DNA of 64,000 nucleotides, taken from a virus. Where the stretch lies: the IMG/VR virus record IMGVR_UViG_3300034101_003554, positions 1 to 64,000 of that record; one strand, written 5' to 3'. Positions 42,234 through 50,272 of this stretch are shown here, one piece after another. Each line of letters begins with the position of its first letter. Position 1 is the stretch's first letter. Both the position numbers and the translations under genes were made by a program. Under the pieces are notes generated by a model. That model searched no databases. It worked only from the letters and a program-made list of their open reading frames with translations, and was not told the origin of the DNA.

Positions 42234-42365
42234 GGAAAAATTGGTTTAAAAGGAATGATTACTGCAAAGTTAACACAACAAATCAATGAGGGGGGTTAGT
42301 CTCACTTTCCTAATCGCACGGGAATAAATTACTAACCAAAAACCCATTCTGAAACCAATTTTTCC
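42234..42365 (+). ncRNA. Putative TROVE-associated small RNA 1
   Basis: Closing stem ggaaaaattggttt/aaaccaatttttcc; inner ggaatg/cattct followed by aTTACTGCAA. Confidence 0.5.
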
Positions 42366-42419
42366 TATTTTTTCTTGACTTAATGAAACTTTTAAATTAA
42401 ATTTACGTTATATAGAACA

Positions 42420-42480
42420 AAGGATAGATTCAGCAAATTAAAATATCAAATTTAGTCAAATTGAACAAAAACTATCCTGA
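42420..42480 (+). ncRNA. Putative TROVE-associated small RNA 2
   Basis: aggatag/ctatcct stem, aTTCAGCAA, A-run before the 3' strand. Confidence 0.55.
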
Positions 42481-42487
42481 CAATTAA

Positions 42488-42551
42488 GGTTATAACGAAT
42501 GAGTTCAGCAACTTAAAAAAGACAGCATATCTTAAAAAATCATTCCGAACC
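42488..42551 (+). ncRNA. Putative TROVE-associated small RNA 3
   Basis: ggtt/aacc and gaatga/tcattc stems, gTTCAGCAA, A-run. Confidence 0.55.
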
Positions 42552-42595
42552 AAACTTTTTAATAATTTAGTAATATTTATAAACAAATAACAAAA

Positions 42596-42691
42596 ATGAG
42601 AACATCGATAAACCATATTAGTAATTCAGTACAACCGCAATTTAAAAATTGTTGGTCAGCGGATTCTTATGGTTCAGGTGGAATCTCGTGA
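42596..42691 (+). CDS. Leader peptide of tRNA cluster 1 (MRTSINHISNSVQPQFKNCWSADSYGSGGIS)
   Basis: A-rich start; codons 4-21 all match cluster-1 tRNAs; followed by a terminator. Confidence 0.8.
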   Translation: MRTSINHISNSVQPQFKNCWSADSYGSGGIS

Positions 42692-42719
42692 TGGTAAAAA
42701 AAATATTAATTTTTTATAC

Positions 42720-42752
42720 AAACCCTGGACAAAAGACGTTCAGGGTTTTTTT
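42720..42752 (+). terminator. Attenuator terminator of tRNA cluster 1
   Basis: aaccctggac/gttcagggtt stem plus T7; its 5' arm can alternatively pair with gttcagg at 42672-42678. Confidence 0.85.
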
Positions 42753-42753
42753 G

Positions 42754-42765
42754 TGTTCTTTGACA
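42754..42765 (+). promoter_or_regulatory. boxA-like antitermination element
   Basis: TGTTCTTTGACA versus rrn boxA TGCTCTTTAACA, just before the first tRNA. Confidence 0.6.
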
Positions 42766-42782
42766 TCGTTGGTAAAATATAA

Positions 42783-42855
42783 TCCCCCTTGGTATAAAGG
42801 TTGATTACATCAGATTTTGAATCTGAGGATGGTGGTTCAATTCCATCAGGGGGAA
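42783..42855 (+). tRNA. tRNA-Gln(TTG)
   Basis: Cloverleaf; tcaga-tt TTG aa-tctga. Confidence 0.9.
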
Positions 42856-42904
42856 CAATTTAAAGTGGTTAAATTTGACCACTTAAAAAAAAATATGCAA
42901 TATT

Positions 42905-42933
42905 GGAACTTTAAGGGATGTGGGATGGTTATA
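42905..42933 (+). promoter_or_regulatory. ECF-sigma-like promoter
   Basis: GGAACT-N16-GGTTATA. Confidence 0.6.
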
Positions 42934-42963
42934 ATAATGTAACACACTTAAAAAAATAATAAA

Positions 42964-43125
42964 ATGGAAATGAAAAATCTAACTGGAGCTGAAAAAGTAC
43001 TTTACAAAGCAACTTATGAATTCTTTCTTAATGTTGTAAAAGTTTCTGATGAATGTGCTCATAATGAAGCAATCAATAAGATTGACAAAACTAGAAAGTT
43101 GGCTAAAAAAGTATCTCGTTACTAA
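42964..43125 (+). CDS. Small hypothetical protein (53 aa)
   Basis: MEMKNLTGAEK..., downstream of the ECF-like promoter. Confidence 0.6.
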   Translation: MEMKNLTGAEKVLYKATYEFFLNVVKVSDECAHNEAINKIDKTRKLAKKVSRY

Positions 43126-43141
43126 AAAACTTGATAAAACA

Positions 43142-43173
43142 TTTGGAAATAAGAATAAAGGATTGTAATTTTG
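43142..43173 (+). promoter_or_regulatory. Bacteroidota-type promoter
   Basis: TTTG-N20-TAATTTTG. Confidence 0.7.
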
Positions 43174-43250
43174 TGGGAGAGTAAGGAAAGGTCGTAGGTA
43201 GCACTGTCCACAACCAGCCTTAAACGTGGTGGATACTTACTCTAAATTAT

Positions 43251-43326
43251 GGTGATGTTGCCAAGTTGGTCAAGGCGAACGACTGAAAATCGTTTTATAC
43301 CAGTTCGAATCTGGTCATCACCACCA
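43251..43326 (+). tRNA. tRNA-Phe(GAA)
   Basis: Cloverleaf, encoded CCA. Confidence 0.92.
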
Positions 43327-43337
43327 AACAATTATAT

Positions 43338-43412
43338 GTGGTATGTACCCCAACTGGTAGAGGGGCATCATTGTGGATGATGTATGTGTGGGTTCAAATC
43401 CCATCATACCAC
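43338..43412 (+). tRNA. tRNA-His(GTG)
   Basis: G-1:C73 pair; catca-tt GTG ga-tgatg. Confidence 0.92.
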
Positions 43413-43422
43413 CAAACAAATT

Positions 43423-43509
43423 GGAAAGTTAAGCTCGGCGGCCCGAGTCTACGTCTTGAAAACGATAGGTACAATTGTATTGTATGGGGATCGACACCTC
43501 AACTTTCCG
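43423..43509 (+). tRNA. tRNA-Ser(TGA)
   Basis: Long variable arm, G73; irregular D and T loops. Confidence 0.8.
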
Positions 43510-43519
43510 CAACAAATTT

Positions 43520-43592
43520 AGTCCCATAGTTCAATGGATTAGAACCGAACAATACGAATGTTCAAATACCTGTTCGAATCGGGTTGGGACTA
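43520..43592 (+). tRNA. tRNA-Arg(ACG)
   Basis: gaaca-at ACG aa-tgttc. Confidence 0.88.
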
Positions 43593-43601
43593 CAAACAAT
43601 T

Positions 43602-43688
43602 GGAGGATAAAGTAATCAGGGTCGTTACCACCGCCTGCTAAGCGAGTGGCACCAAGTATGGTGTGGGGTTCGTGTCCTCTGTCCTCCG
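43602..43688 (+). tRNA. tRNA-Ser(GCT)
   Basis: Long variable arm, G73. Confidence 0.82.
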
Positions 43689-43801
43689 CAGAAAAATATT
43701 AATAAGATTAGAGCAGTTGAGTTCATAACTCAAAGGAATGCAGACAGTGGAGATGAGCGACCCACCTAATCATATTAAATGAAGAAAAATATTCCAAAGT
43801 G

Positions 43802-43833
43802 TTTGGAAATTAGAAAATGAAATCGTAATTTTG
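43802..43833 (+). promoter_or_regulatory. Bacteroidota-type promoter
   Basis: TTTG-N20-TAATTTTG. Confidence 0.7.
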
Positions 43834-43842
43834 TGATACAAT

Positions 43843-43972
43843 AGTCCTGTGGCGAAAGTTAAGGGTAGAGTGAAGATTGAATGTTCAGACACTCCTTAAT
43901 ACTAGGATTGGAGCGAAAGGTCTAACATAAACAATATGTAGCTTAATACAAGTTCGAATCTTGTCAGGACTA
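43843..43972 (+). ncRNA. tRNA-shell RNA 1 (130 nt)
   Basis: agtcctg/caggact-A acceptor stem plus T-arm; unrelated interior. Confidence 0.75.
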
Positions 43973-43994
43973 CTAAAAATTAAAAACTAAAATT

Positions 43995-44171
43995 ATGGAC
44001 ACACATTATTGGGTAAGATTTGAGATTAGAATTGAAACTATCAACAATAGTTTAAACGCTGATGAACAAAAAGAAATCTTTGACTATATAAAATCAAGAA
44101 TTGACGGTAGAGATGACATAGATAGACCTAAAAAGTTGGATTGTTGTTTTGTCAATATGAGAAAATTTTAG
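43995..44171 (+). CDS. Small hypothetical protein (58 aa)
   Basis: MDTHYWVRFE..., A-rich start. Confidence 0.6.
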   Translation: MDTHYWVRFEIRIETINNSLNADEQKEIFDYIKSRIDGRDDIDRPKKLDCCFVNMRKF

Positions 44172-44184
44172 ATAAGTTAAATAT

Positions 44185-44295
44185 AGTCCTATGGCGGAAT
44201 TGGTAGACGCACTCCCCCTAGATAGGGAGAATATTGTTTCGACGCAATTAACCAGGTGATGGCATCTAATACAGGTTCGAATCCTGTCAGGACTA
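44185..44295 (+). ncRNA. tRNA-shell RNA 2 (111 nt)
   Basis: Leu-like D-arm, 8-nt anticodon-position loop, about 40-nt extra region. Confidence 0.75.
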
Positions 44296-44320
44296 CAAAA
44301 ATAAAAATAAAATTAGGAAT

Positions 44321-44554
44321 ATGAAAAAGTCACTTGAAGAAGTAAAGAAATTGAATACGAAAAATCTTCTACGTTTTTATAGAGCAGAACGTATAAGATT
44401 TTATGGTAGTGGATACTGGTGTAGTTGTGGGTGTGGTGAAATGATATGGGAAGCAAGAACATCACAAGCAGATATGGAACAAAAATATAATGAACATAAA
44501 GATTTTTTGAATGTAATTAAAGCAGAACTCAATACAAGAGAACATATTTCTTAA
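44321..44554 (+). CDS. Small hypothetical protein with CxCxC
   Basis: 77 aa. Confidence 0.7.
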   Translation: MKKSLEEVKKLNTKNLLRFYRAERIRFYGSGYWCSCGCGEMIWEARTSQADMEQKYNEHKDFLNVIKAELNTREHIS

Positions 44555-44575
44555 AATTGTTTGCGAAACTTTTAA

Positions 44576-44696
44576 AGTCTTGTGGCGGAAGTGATAGACG
44601 CTATTGTAAAAGGGTTCACATCCCAAAGATGAGCAAGTGTAATTGCTACATAGATAATGTCATATTATCATACAGGTTCGAATCCTGTCAGGACTA
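44576..44696 (+). ncRNA. tRNA-shell RNA 3 (121 nt)
   Basis: agtcttg...acaggttcgaatcctgtcaggacta. Confidence 0.75.
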
Positions 44697-44721
44697 TTTT
44701 TTAACTTTAAAACAAATTATT

Positions 44722-44976
44722 ATGAAATCTTTACAAGAACTTTACGCAAACACACCAATTCAAGTGATTGTTGATTTCTATATTCAAAATAACACAGAAG
44801 TATGCCTACTCGAAGGTAAAATTCATAACGGTGACTTGTCTGCAATTGAAGAATTAGAAACCCTTGTTGCCAAAATCCTAAATTATGAGATTGAGAATTT
44901 TGAAGGTAAAGAGTGTTTTGAATCAGCATACCTGAAAAGAATGAAAATGTTGGTTAGAACTAAACAAATTCTTTAA
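44722..44976 (+). CDS. Hypothetical protein (start moved to MKSLQE)
   Basis: Upstream part of the ORF is the tRNA-shell. Confidence 0.7.
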   Translation: MKSLQELYANTPIQVIVDFYIQNNTEVCLLEGKIHNGDLSAIEELETLVAKILNYEIENFEGKECFESAYLKRMKMLVRTKQIL

Positions 44977-44992
44977 AAAAAAATTAAAACTT

Positions 44993-45204
44993 AGTCCTGT
45001 GGCGGAATTGGTAGACGCACATTAGCTGAGTGATGCAATAAGCAAGTACCCCTAATTAAAAGCCTAACGGATTTTACCCACTAGAACAATAAAAATCCTC
45101 AGATTGGGTTTAGGGTCTTACCAAACTCTCCGAAAACAGAGTAGGAGCTGTTAATAACCAAGATGGTAAGTGTTTATTTACAGGTTCGAATCCTGTCAGG
45201 ACTA
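44993..45204 (+). ncRNA. tRNA-shell RNA 4 (212 nt)
   Basis: Perfect shell with about 160-nt insert. Confidence 0.75.
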
Positions 45205-45218
45205 CAAAAAATTAAAAA

Positions 45219-45368
45219 ATGTTAGTAATTATTGGTCTTTTATTTTTGATAATTGGAATCTTATTCTTAATTTTGTCTTACAAAACAAAGAACTCAGACT
45301 TGTTTATAGTTGGAATTATATTTCTAATTGTTCTTTTGTTTGGATTTATATATGGTTTAATAATATAG
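45219..45368 (+). CDS. Small two-helix membrane protein (49 aa)
   Basis: MLVIIGLLFLIIG...; read manually. Confidence 0.5.
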   Translation: MLVIIGLLFLIIGILFLILSYKTKNSDLFIVGIIFLIVLLFGFIYGLII

Positions 45369-45436
45369 GTGTAGCTCAGAGGTAGAGTGCTAGTTTTGGG
45401 AACTAGTGGTCGCTGGTTCAATCCCAGTCACCTATA
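45365..45436 (+). tRNA. tRNA-Pro(TGG)
   Basis: ctagt-tt TGG ga-actag. Confidence 0.9.
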
Positions 45437-45449
45437 CAAGATTTTTAAA

Positions 45450-45523
45450 GGTTCTATAGCTCAATTGGTTAGAGCACCCGACTCATAATCGGTAGGTTCT
45501 AGGTTCAAGTCCTAGTGGAACCA
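45450..45523 (+). tRNA. tRNA-CAT, probably Ile2 (lysidine type)
   Basis: CAT anticodon; body resembles Ile2 tRNAs; adjacent to Ile(GAT); identity inferred. Confidence 0.8.
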
Positions 45524-45538
45524 CAACAATTTTAACAA

Positions 45539-45613
45539 TGTCCTGTAACTCAGTTGGTTTAGAGTATTCGTCTGATACGCGAAAAGTCGTGAGTTCGAGC
45601 CTCACCAGGACAA
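45539..45613 (+). tRNA. tRNA-Ile(GAT)
   Basis: ttcgt-ct GAT ac-gcgaa. Confidence 0.9.
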
Positions 45614-45621
45614 CAACAAAT

Positions 45622-45694
45622 GTCTCAGTAGCTCAGTGGTAGTAGCCCTTGACTGTTAATCAAGTTGTCGTAGGTTCGAATCCTACCTGGGACG
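45622..45694 (+). tRNA. tRNA-Asn(GTT)
   Basis: cttga-ct GTT aa-tcaag. Confidence 0.92.
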
Positions 45695-45710
45695 CAAATT
45701 TTAATAAATT

Positions 45711-45938
45711 ATGGTTAATGTAAAAATTGGTGAATTTAAGGTTGGTGATAAGTTGTTTATTGATTATAGTGAAAATAATCCAAACAATAAACACATCGAA
45801 ATTAGAGCAATTGTGGATATGGAAGTGGTGATTTATTTGGATGAAAAAAATAACTACCATATGGAACCAATTCATTACTTCAATGTGTTATGTAGATGTA
45901 ACTCACTTAAAAAAATAACAAATGAAACGGACAATTAG
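45711..45938 (+). CDS. Hypothetical protein
   Basis: 75 aa. Confidence 0.65.
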   Translation: MVNVKIGEFKVGDKLFIDYSENNPNNKHIEIRAIVDMEVVIYLDEKNNYHMEPIHYFNVLCRCNSLKKITNETDN

Positions 45939-46077
45939 AAAACCAAGTTCATCCAAGTTTTATGAAATGCTTAGAAATAAGTACAACAACCACATTAAGA
46001 AACAAGAAAATGAAATGGAAGATTCTACAAATTAGATTCCAACCTAAAAAATTTAATTAACAATATATAATTTTCAT

Positions 46078-46587
46078 ATGAAAAAAGAGTTTTTATTTAA
46101 TGATAACATTATTGATTTTGAATTTGACGAAGTAATAGATAAAAAAATAAATGTTAAGGTATTTCACTATTTCAGTAATAATCTTTTATTTGAAAAAATT
46201 GAAGATAGAATAATTTGTCTTAAAGGTATTGGTAAATTATTCTTTCAAGAAGGATTCCCAATTTCATTATCTATTTCAGTATTAAAAGAACAAGGGGTTG
46301 AGGTTAGTATATTACACGTTGCTGATGAATGTTTAAAAAATGGGTGGTCACCAATAACAACATATAATAAATTAAAATCTGACTTTGAAGAAGATATTGA
46401 CAAAGAAAATCATTATGATTTACATTTATTAAAAAAATTTTGTGAATCAAATTATGAAGACCAAAGAGAAATGATATTTGAATATCTGTTTAAATGCAAA
46501 ACTGATGATGTCAGAAATAAAAAAAATGAAAATCCAATAGACTGGTTACAATTACTTGTAACTAGTGGGGCTAAAAATAAACTTTAA
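46078..46587 (+). CDS. Hypothetical protein with an AlaRS-like GFP helix motif
   Basis: KLFFQEGFPISLSISVLKEQGVEV. Confidence 0.65.
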   Translation: MKKEFLFNDNIIDFEFDEVIDKKINVKVFHYFSNNLLFEKIEDRIICLKGIGKLFFQEGFPISLSISVLKEQGVEVSILHVADECLKNGWSPITTYNKLKSDFEEDIDKENHYDLHLLKKFCESNYEDQREMIFEYLFKCKTDDVRNKKNENPIDWLQLLVTSGAKNKL

Positions 46588-46596
46588 CAAGAAAAT

Positions 46597-46671
46597 GACC
46601 CTGTAGCTTAGCTGGTTTAAAGCACAATACTTTTAATATTGGGAGCGGGAGTTCAAATCTCCCCAGGGTCA
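46597..46671 (+). tRNA. tRNA-Lys(TTT)
   Basis: caata-ct TTT aa-tattg. Confidence 0.9.
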
Positions 46672-46868
46672 CAACACAATAAGTTACGAAAGGTGTTATT
46701 AGAAAATAGTAGACATATTTTTTGACATTATGGGTCTGAAAATAAAAATTAAGGATGGTACGAAAGTTCAGGACTTTGACTGTAAACTAGGAAAGGTAAC
46801 TAAGATACGCGGTCTCGGTTCTATTGGAGTACAATTATCAGTATAGCCCAATCATTCTTTTATAAATA

Positions 46869-46953
46869 GTCCTTATGGTGTAATGGTTAAACATCCCACT
46901 CTTACAAAGTGGAGACGAGAAGTATAATCCTAGTTCGAATCTAGGTAAGGACA
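46869..46953 (+). tRNA. tRNA-Val(TAC) with expanded variable region
   Basis: ccact-ct TAC aa-agtgg; 16-nt variable region. Confidence 0.82.
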
Positions 46954-46982
46954 CATTAAATAATTTTTAAATTACAAAAACG

Positions 46983-47231
46983 ATGAAAAAAATATTATTC
47001 CTTGGATTAATTTCTGTATTATTCCTTAGTTGTCAAAGAGAAGGTATAGAAGAACTAAAAACAGATAATGCGAATTATAACGTTGAGCTTCTATTTAAAG
47101 TTGATGGATGTAAGGTCTATCGATTTTGGGATAAAGGATACAAGTATTTTACAACTTGTGATGGATCCGTGACTCATAAACTAAGTGGAAAACACCCCAA
47201 AGATTTGGGAATACAGACAATCGTGAAATAA
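46983..47231 (+). CDS. Lipoprotein (DUF4884-like)
   Basis: Lipobox FLSC; VELLFKVDGCKVYRF. Confidence 0.75.
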   Translation: MKKILFLGLISVLFLSCQREGIEELKTDNANYNVELLFKVDGCKVYRFWDKGYKYFTTCDGSVTHKLSGKHPKDLGIQTIVK

Positions 47232-47467
47232 AGATTTGAACAATTAAGGGACCGAGCCTGCCTACAATTTCGGTGTGAGGTGCTAGTAGGTAATTGTTCT
47301 TTATGTTATAATAGTACCACGAGGCATCCCATAAGAACTGCTCACTACTGTGGTCTTGTTGCTTGTAAACGAATAGCCCAAGGTATAAGTTATGAAGCTT
47401 AACTCAACCTATCCCCCACTGACGAGTGGGGTGAAGTTGGGGGATTTCATATATTTATAGTAAAAAA

Positions 47468-47926
47468 ATGATGAAAGATTTAAGAATACGTATTAAAACA
47501 ATTTTAAAAGAAGAATTTGAAAATTATACTATAGTATATCGTGGTATTGGAGATAGAATTAACGCTACCTATGGTAAAGTATCTGATGATGGAATGGGTG
47601 TATTTTGGACAGATAATTTAACTATGGCCAAATGGTTTGCTGGACTTATTGATTATTCTGTTGATACTTATAGATATGAAAATATAAAAGGTTCTAAGGG
47701 TAAGATTTTAACTAAAGAAATAAAATTTGAAAATCCATATGTTGTTAATTCAGATGATGAAGATTATGACTCATTTCAAGTTTATATGGATGAAATATAC
47801 AAATTCGGTGGGGTTGACAAATATAAAGAAATGTTAATTGAAAAAAATTATGATGGTATCATATTAAGAAATTGTTCAACAAATTACTATGAAAATGGAA
47901 CTTATGATATCTTTATTGAGTTATAG
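47468..47926 (+). CDS. ADP-ribosyltransferase-like protein with LKE leader
   Basis: VYRG ... GVFWTDN..MAKWFA ... YDGIIL. Confidence 0.55.
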   Translation: MMKDLRIRIKTILKEEFENYTIVYRGIGDRINATYGKVSDDGMGVFWTDNLTMAKWFAGLIDYSVDTYRYENIKGSKGKILTKEIKFENPYVVNSDDEDYDSFQVYMDEIYKFGGVDKYKEMLIEKNYDGIILRNCSTNYYENGTYDIFIEL

Positions 47927-47948
47927 GTAATATAAAAAGAAACAATAG

Positions 47949-48033
47949 GGTTGGGTGGCCGAGTTGGTTAAGGCACTAGTCTGCAAAACTATCGAATGAA
48001 AATTCATCGTGGGTTCGAATCCCTCCCCAACCT
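47949..48033 (+). tRNA. tRNA-Cys(GCA) with long variable arm
   Basis: U73; atgaa/ttcat extra stem. Confidence 0.85.
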
Positions 48034-48042
48034 CAAACAAAT

Positions 48043-48115
48043 GTAGATGTAGCTCAATTGGTAGAGTTGCTGATTCCAAACCAGCCGGTTGGGGGTTCGA
48101 GTCCCTCCATCTATG
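48043..48115 (+). tRNA. tRNA-Trp(CCA)
   Basis: gctga-tt CCA aa-ccagc. Confidence 0.9.
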
Positions 48116-48146
48116 CAAATTTTATCAACAATTAAAACTATTTATT

Positions 48147-48467
48147 ATGGTAAGGGATTACATAATCGAAACATTAACAAAAATCAAAGAACAAGATGAG
48201 AAGGTACACAAGCTCTATACTATGGGAGTTGATTTACTTGACTTTGACAACACCATTTCGCAACTTGAGAAGTCCATTCCGACCATCCTCAGAAAAGAAA
48301 AAGACGAACAATACGGATGGATACAGGATTTAGTTGGTTGGTGGTTGTATGAAAAAATTGAAAAAAAGATTTGGCACGATAAAATTGAATTTAATGTTGA
48401 AAGTGTGGAAAATTTTACCGACTATTTGATAAGAGAGTATGGAACAAATGACATACCAACAAATTAA
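48147..48467 (+). CDS. Hypothetical protein (start moved to MVRDY)
   Basis: Upstream part of the ORF overlaps tRNAs. Confidence 0.75.
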   Translation: MVRDYIIETLTKIKEQDEKVHKLYTMGVDLLDFDNTISQLEKSIPTILRKEKDEQYGWIQDLVGWWLYEKIEKKIWHDKIEFNVESVENFTDYLIREYGTNDIPTN

Positions 48468-48469
48468 TT

Positions 48470-49102
48470 ATGGCTTATATTGAAAGTAATTTTTTCCCTT
48501 TAAAGGTATATGTTCGAAATGAATATCTATATCAAAATAAGAAGGGATTTGGTGAATTTACTGAGGGTGTTATAATCTCAATTAGATGTTTACCAGGACA
48601 AGCTGCACTATTCCAAGTATTATTTAATAATGGTGTTATGAGAGATAAACTTCCATCTCACGCATTATTAACTGAACCCAAATCACCTAATGTTGATTTA
48701 CCATTCCATTATCTTCAAATATGGAATTGTTTTTCATACAATTTCTCGGTACATCATTTAAGTTATATCTATGATACCAAAGTTTCAGTCTTTATGAAAG
48801 ATAAGAAATGGTATGATGGAAGTTATTATGCCACAATAAATTGGGGTTCTAGTGATTTGAATAGTGATTTTACCTTGGCTGAGGATCCAATGGAACATAA
48901 ATCACATCACATAATACTACTGAATAATGGCCAAATTGCCCTACAACCAAATAATAGAATAAAATGGGCAGAACCATCCTTTGTCACAAAATCTTTCCCT
49001 GAGAAGCCAGATTATTTGGTGAATAAGGATTATTATAATTGTGAGGGGTTCGAGAAATGGCAAACTGAGGATTCTGATTATATGTTTTATGATAATAATT
49101 AA
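48470..49102 (+). CDS. Hypothetical phage protein
   Basis: 210 aa; EHKSHH..L.NGQIALQPNNRI. Confidence 0.8.
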   Translation: MAYIESNFFPLKVYVRNEYLYQNKKGFGEFTEGVIISIRCLPGQAALFQVLFNNGVMRDKLPSHALLTEPKSPNVDLPFHYLQIWNCFSYNFSVHHLSYIYDTKVSVFMKDKKWYDGSYYATINWGSSDLNSDFTLAEDPMEHKSHHIILLNNGQIALQPNNRIKWAEPSFVTKSFPEKPDYLVNKDYYNCEGFEKWQTEDSDYMFYDNN

Positions 49103-49105
49103 GAT

Positions 49106-49489
49106 ATGTTTTTATATAAAGTAGAAGTTAAAATAGCAACTAATCCTGAAATGGACTTAGGTTTATTCACAAAAGAATTTATCCCAAAAGGAACTATAGT
49201 TTGGGAATTCGTGGAAGGTGTGGATATTAAAATGGATGAAACGACATTCAATAAATTGAACGAAGCTCAAAAAGAATTTTTTGAAAAATATGGGTGGAAG
49301 GAAGATGATGGGTTTTATTATTCCTCTTGTGACTTAACTAACTTTATTAATCATAGTTACAATCCAAATTTAGATGTTGTGGGGGAAATAATAATTTCAA
49401 ATAAAGATATCCAAATTGGGGAAGAATTATTTGAAGATTATAGTCAATTTGATACTGAGTTTCATACTTATAAAAATGAATTTATTTAA
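49106..49489 (+). CDS. SET-domain protein (lysine methyltransferase-like)
   Basis: GLFTKEFIPKGT, NFINHSYNPN, GEELFEDY. Confidence 0.85.
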   Translation: MFLYKVEVKIATNPEMDLGLFTKEFIPKGTIVWEFVEGVDIKMDETTFNKLNEAQKEFFEKYGWKEDDGFYYSSCDLTNFINHSYNPNLDVVGEIIISNKDIQIGEELFEDYSQFDTEFHTYKNEFI

Positions 49490-49498
49490 CAAAAAAAT

Positions 49499-50014
49499 AT
49501 GACACCAATGGTAATTGTAAATTTCTATAAACCCTATGATACGACTTGGGAACAACTCCAACTAATGGCATTGGATAAAATTGCCGAACACGAAAAAGAA
49601 ACAAGCGAAGTTGAATTTGGGGATGTCTCCGTTCAACAACAATTTGATGATTATCGTGCAGCTTGTTTTCAAGGGTTAAAAACATTTATAATGCAAGTTC
49701 TAAATGAATGGGGGACTGAAAACATCTTGGTGTTTAATGATAAATTCTATAAGAAATTTGAACATATGGAAATGGAGGGTAGATTAAAAACTTATACAAC
49801 TCCAAATGTTTTCAAAACATCAAAGGAATTATTTAAATGTTTAAAGAAAGAAAAGTTTCAATTAGAACCAGATGATTTTGATTTTATTCACGAAACTTTT
49901 TCAAGTGCTGACGATGTTGTATGTAATATATTCGCGTTTGAATATGAATTAAAAGAAATTGATGATGACAAAGATTGGTTGGATGAGAACGGATTTGGTG
50001 ATATTTTAGAATAA
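49499..50014 (+). CDS. Hypothetical protein
   Basis: 171 aa ending DENGFGDILE. Confidence 0.75.
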   Translation: MTPMVIVNFYKPYDTTWEQLQLMALDKIAEHEKETSEVEFGDVSVQQQFDDYRAACFQGLKTFIMQVLNEWGTENILVFNDKFYKKFEHMEMEGRLKTYTTPNVFKTSKELFKCLKKEKFQLEPDDFDFIHETFSSADDVVCNIFAFEYELKEIDDDKDWLDENGFGDILE

Positions 50015-50030
50015 AAAAAAAGATAATAAT

Positions 50031-50270
50031 ATGAAAACAATAGGCGTATTAGAAGCATTGAAAGATGAAACAATTAAAAAAGGAGATAAAATAATTATTG
50101 AACTTATTGTTGATGAAATAGATATTGAAAGTATGTACCCATTATCTGCATTTTGTTTTAATCAATATGATGAAATATCAAAAACTAATTATTTTAAATT
50201 GTCATGGAGTACTAAAATAAAAATAAAAGACATAAATGATGAGAACGGATTTGGGGATATTTTAGAATAG
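50031..50270 (+). CDS. Hypothetical protein sharing its C-terminus with the upstream gene
   Basis: Ends DENGFGDILE (duplicated DNA). Confidence 0.65.
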   Translation: MKTIGVLEALKDETIKKGDKIIIELIVDEIDIESMYPLSAFCFNQYDEISKTNYFKLSWSTKIKIKDINDENGFGDILE

Positions 50271-50272
50271 TT

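Noticed and set aside
43706-43776. Additional tRNA-Met (ttgag-tt CAT aa-ctcaa arm)
   Set aside because: Only an anticodon-like arm; no T-arm or proper acceptor stem, so at most a remnant
44210-44230. Amber suppressor tRNA (CTA in loop) implying stop-codon recoding
   Set aside because: The loop is 8 nt in a non-canonical shell; TAG and TGA end normal ORFs and conserved genes are uninterrupted
47411-47443. Hammerhead ribozyme (CTGACGA)
   Set aside because: The motif lies within a simple cccact/agtggg hairpin and there is no properly placed GAAA core
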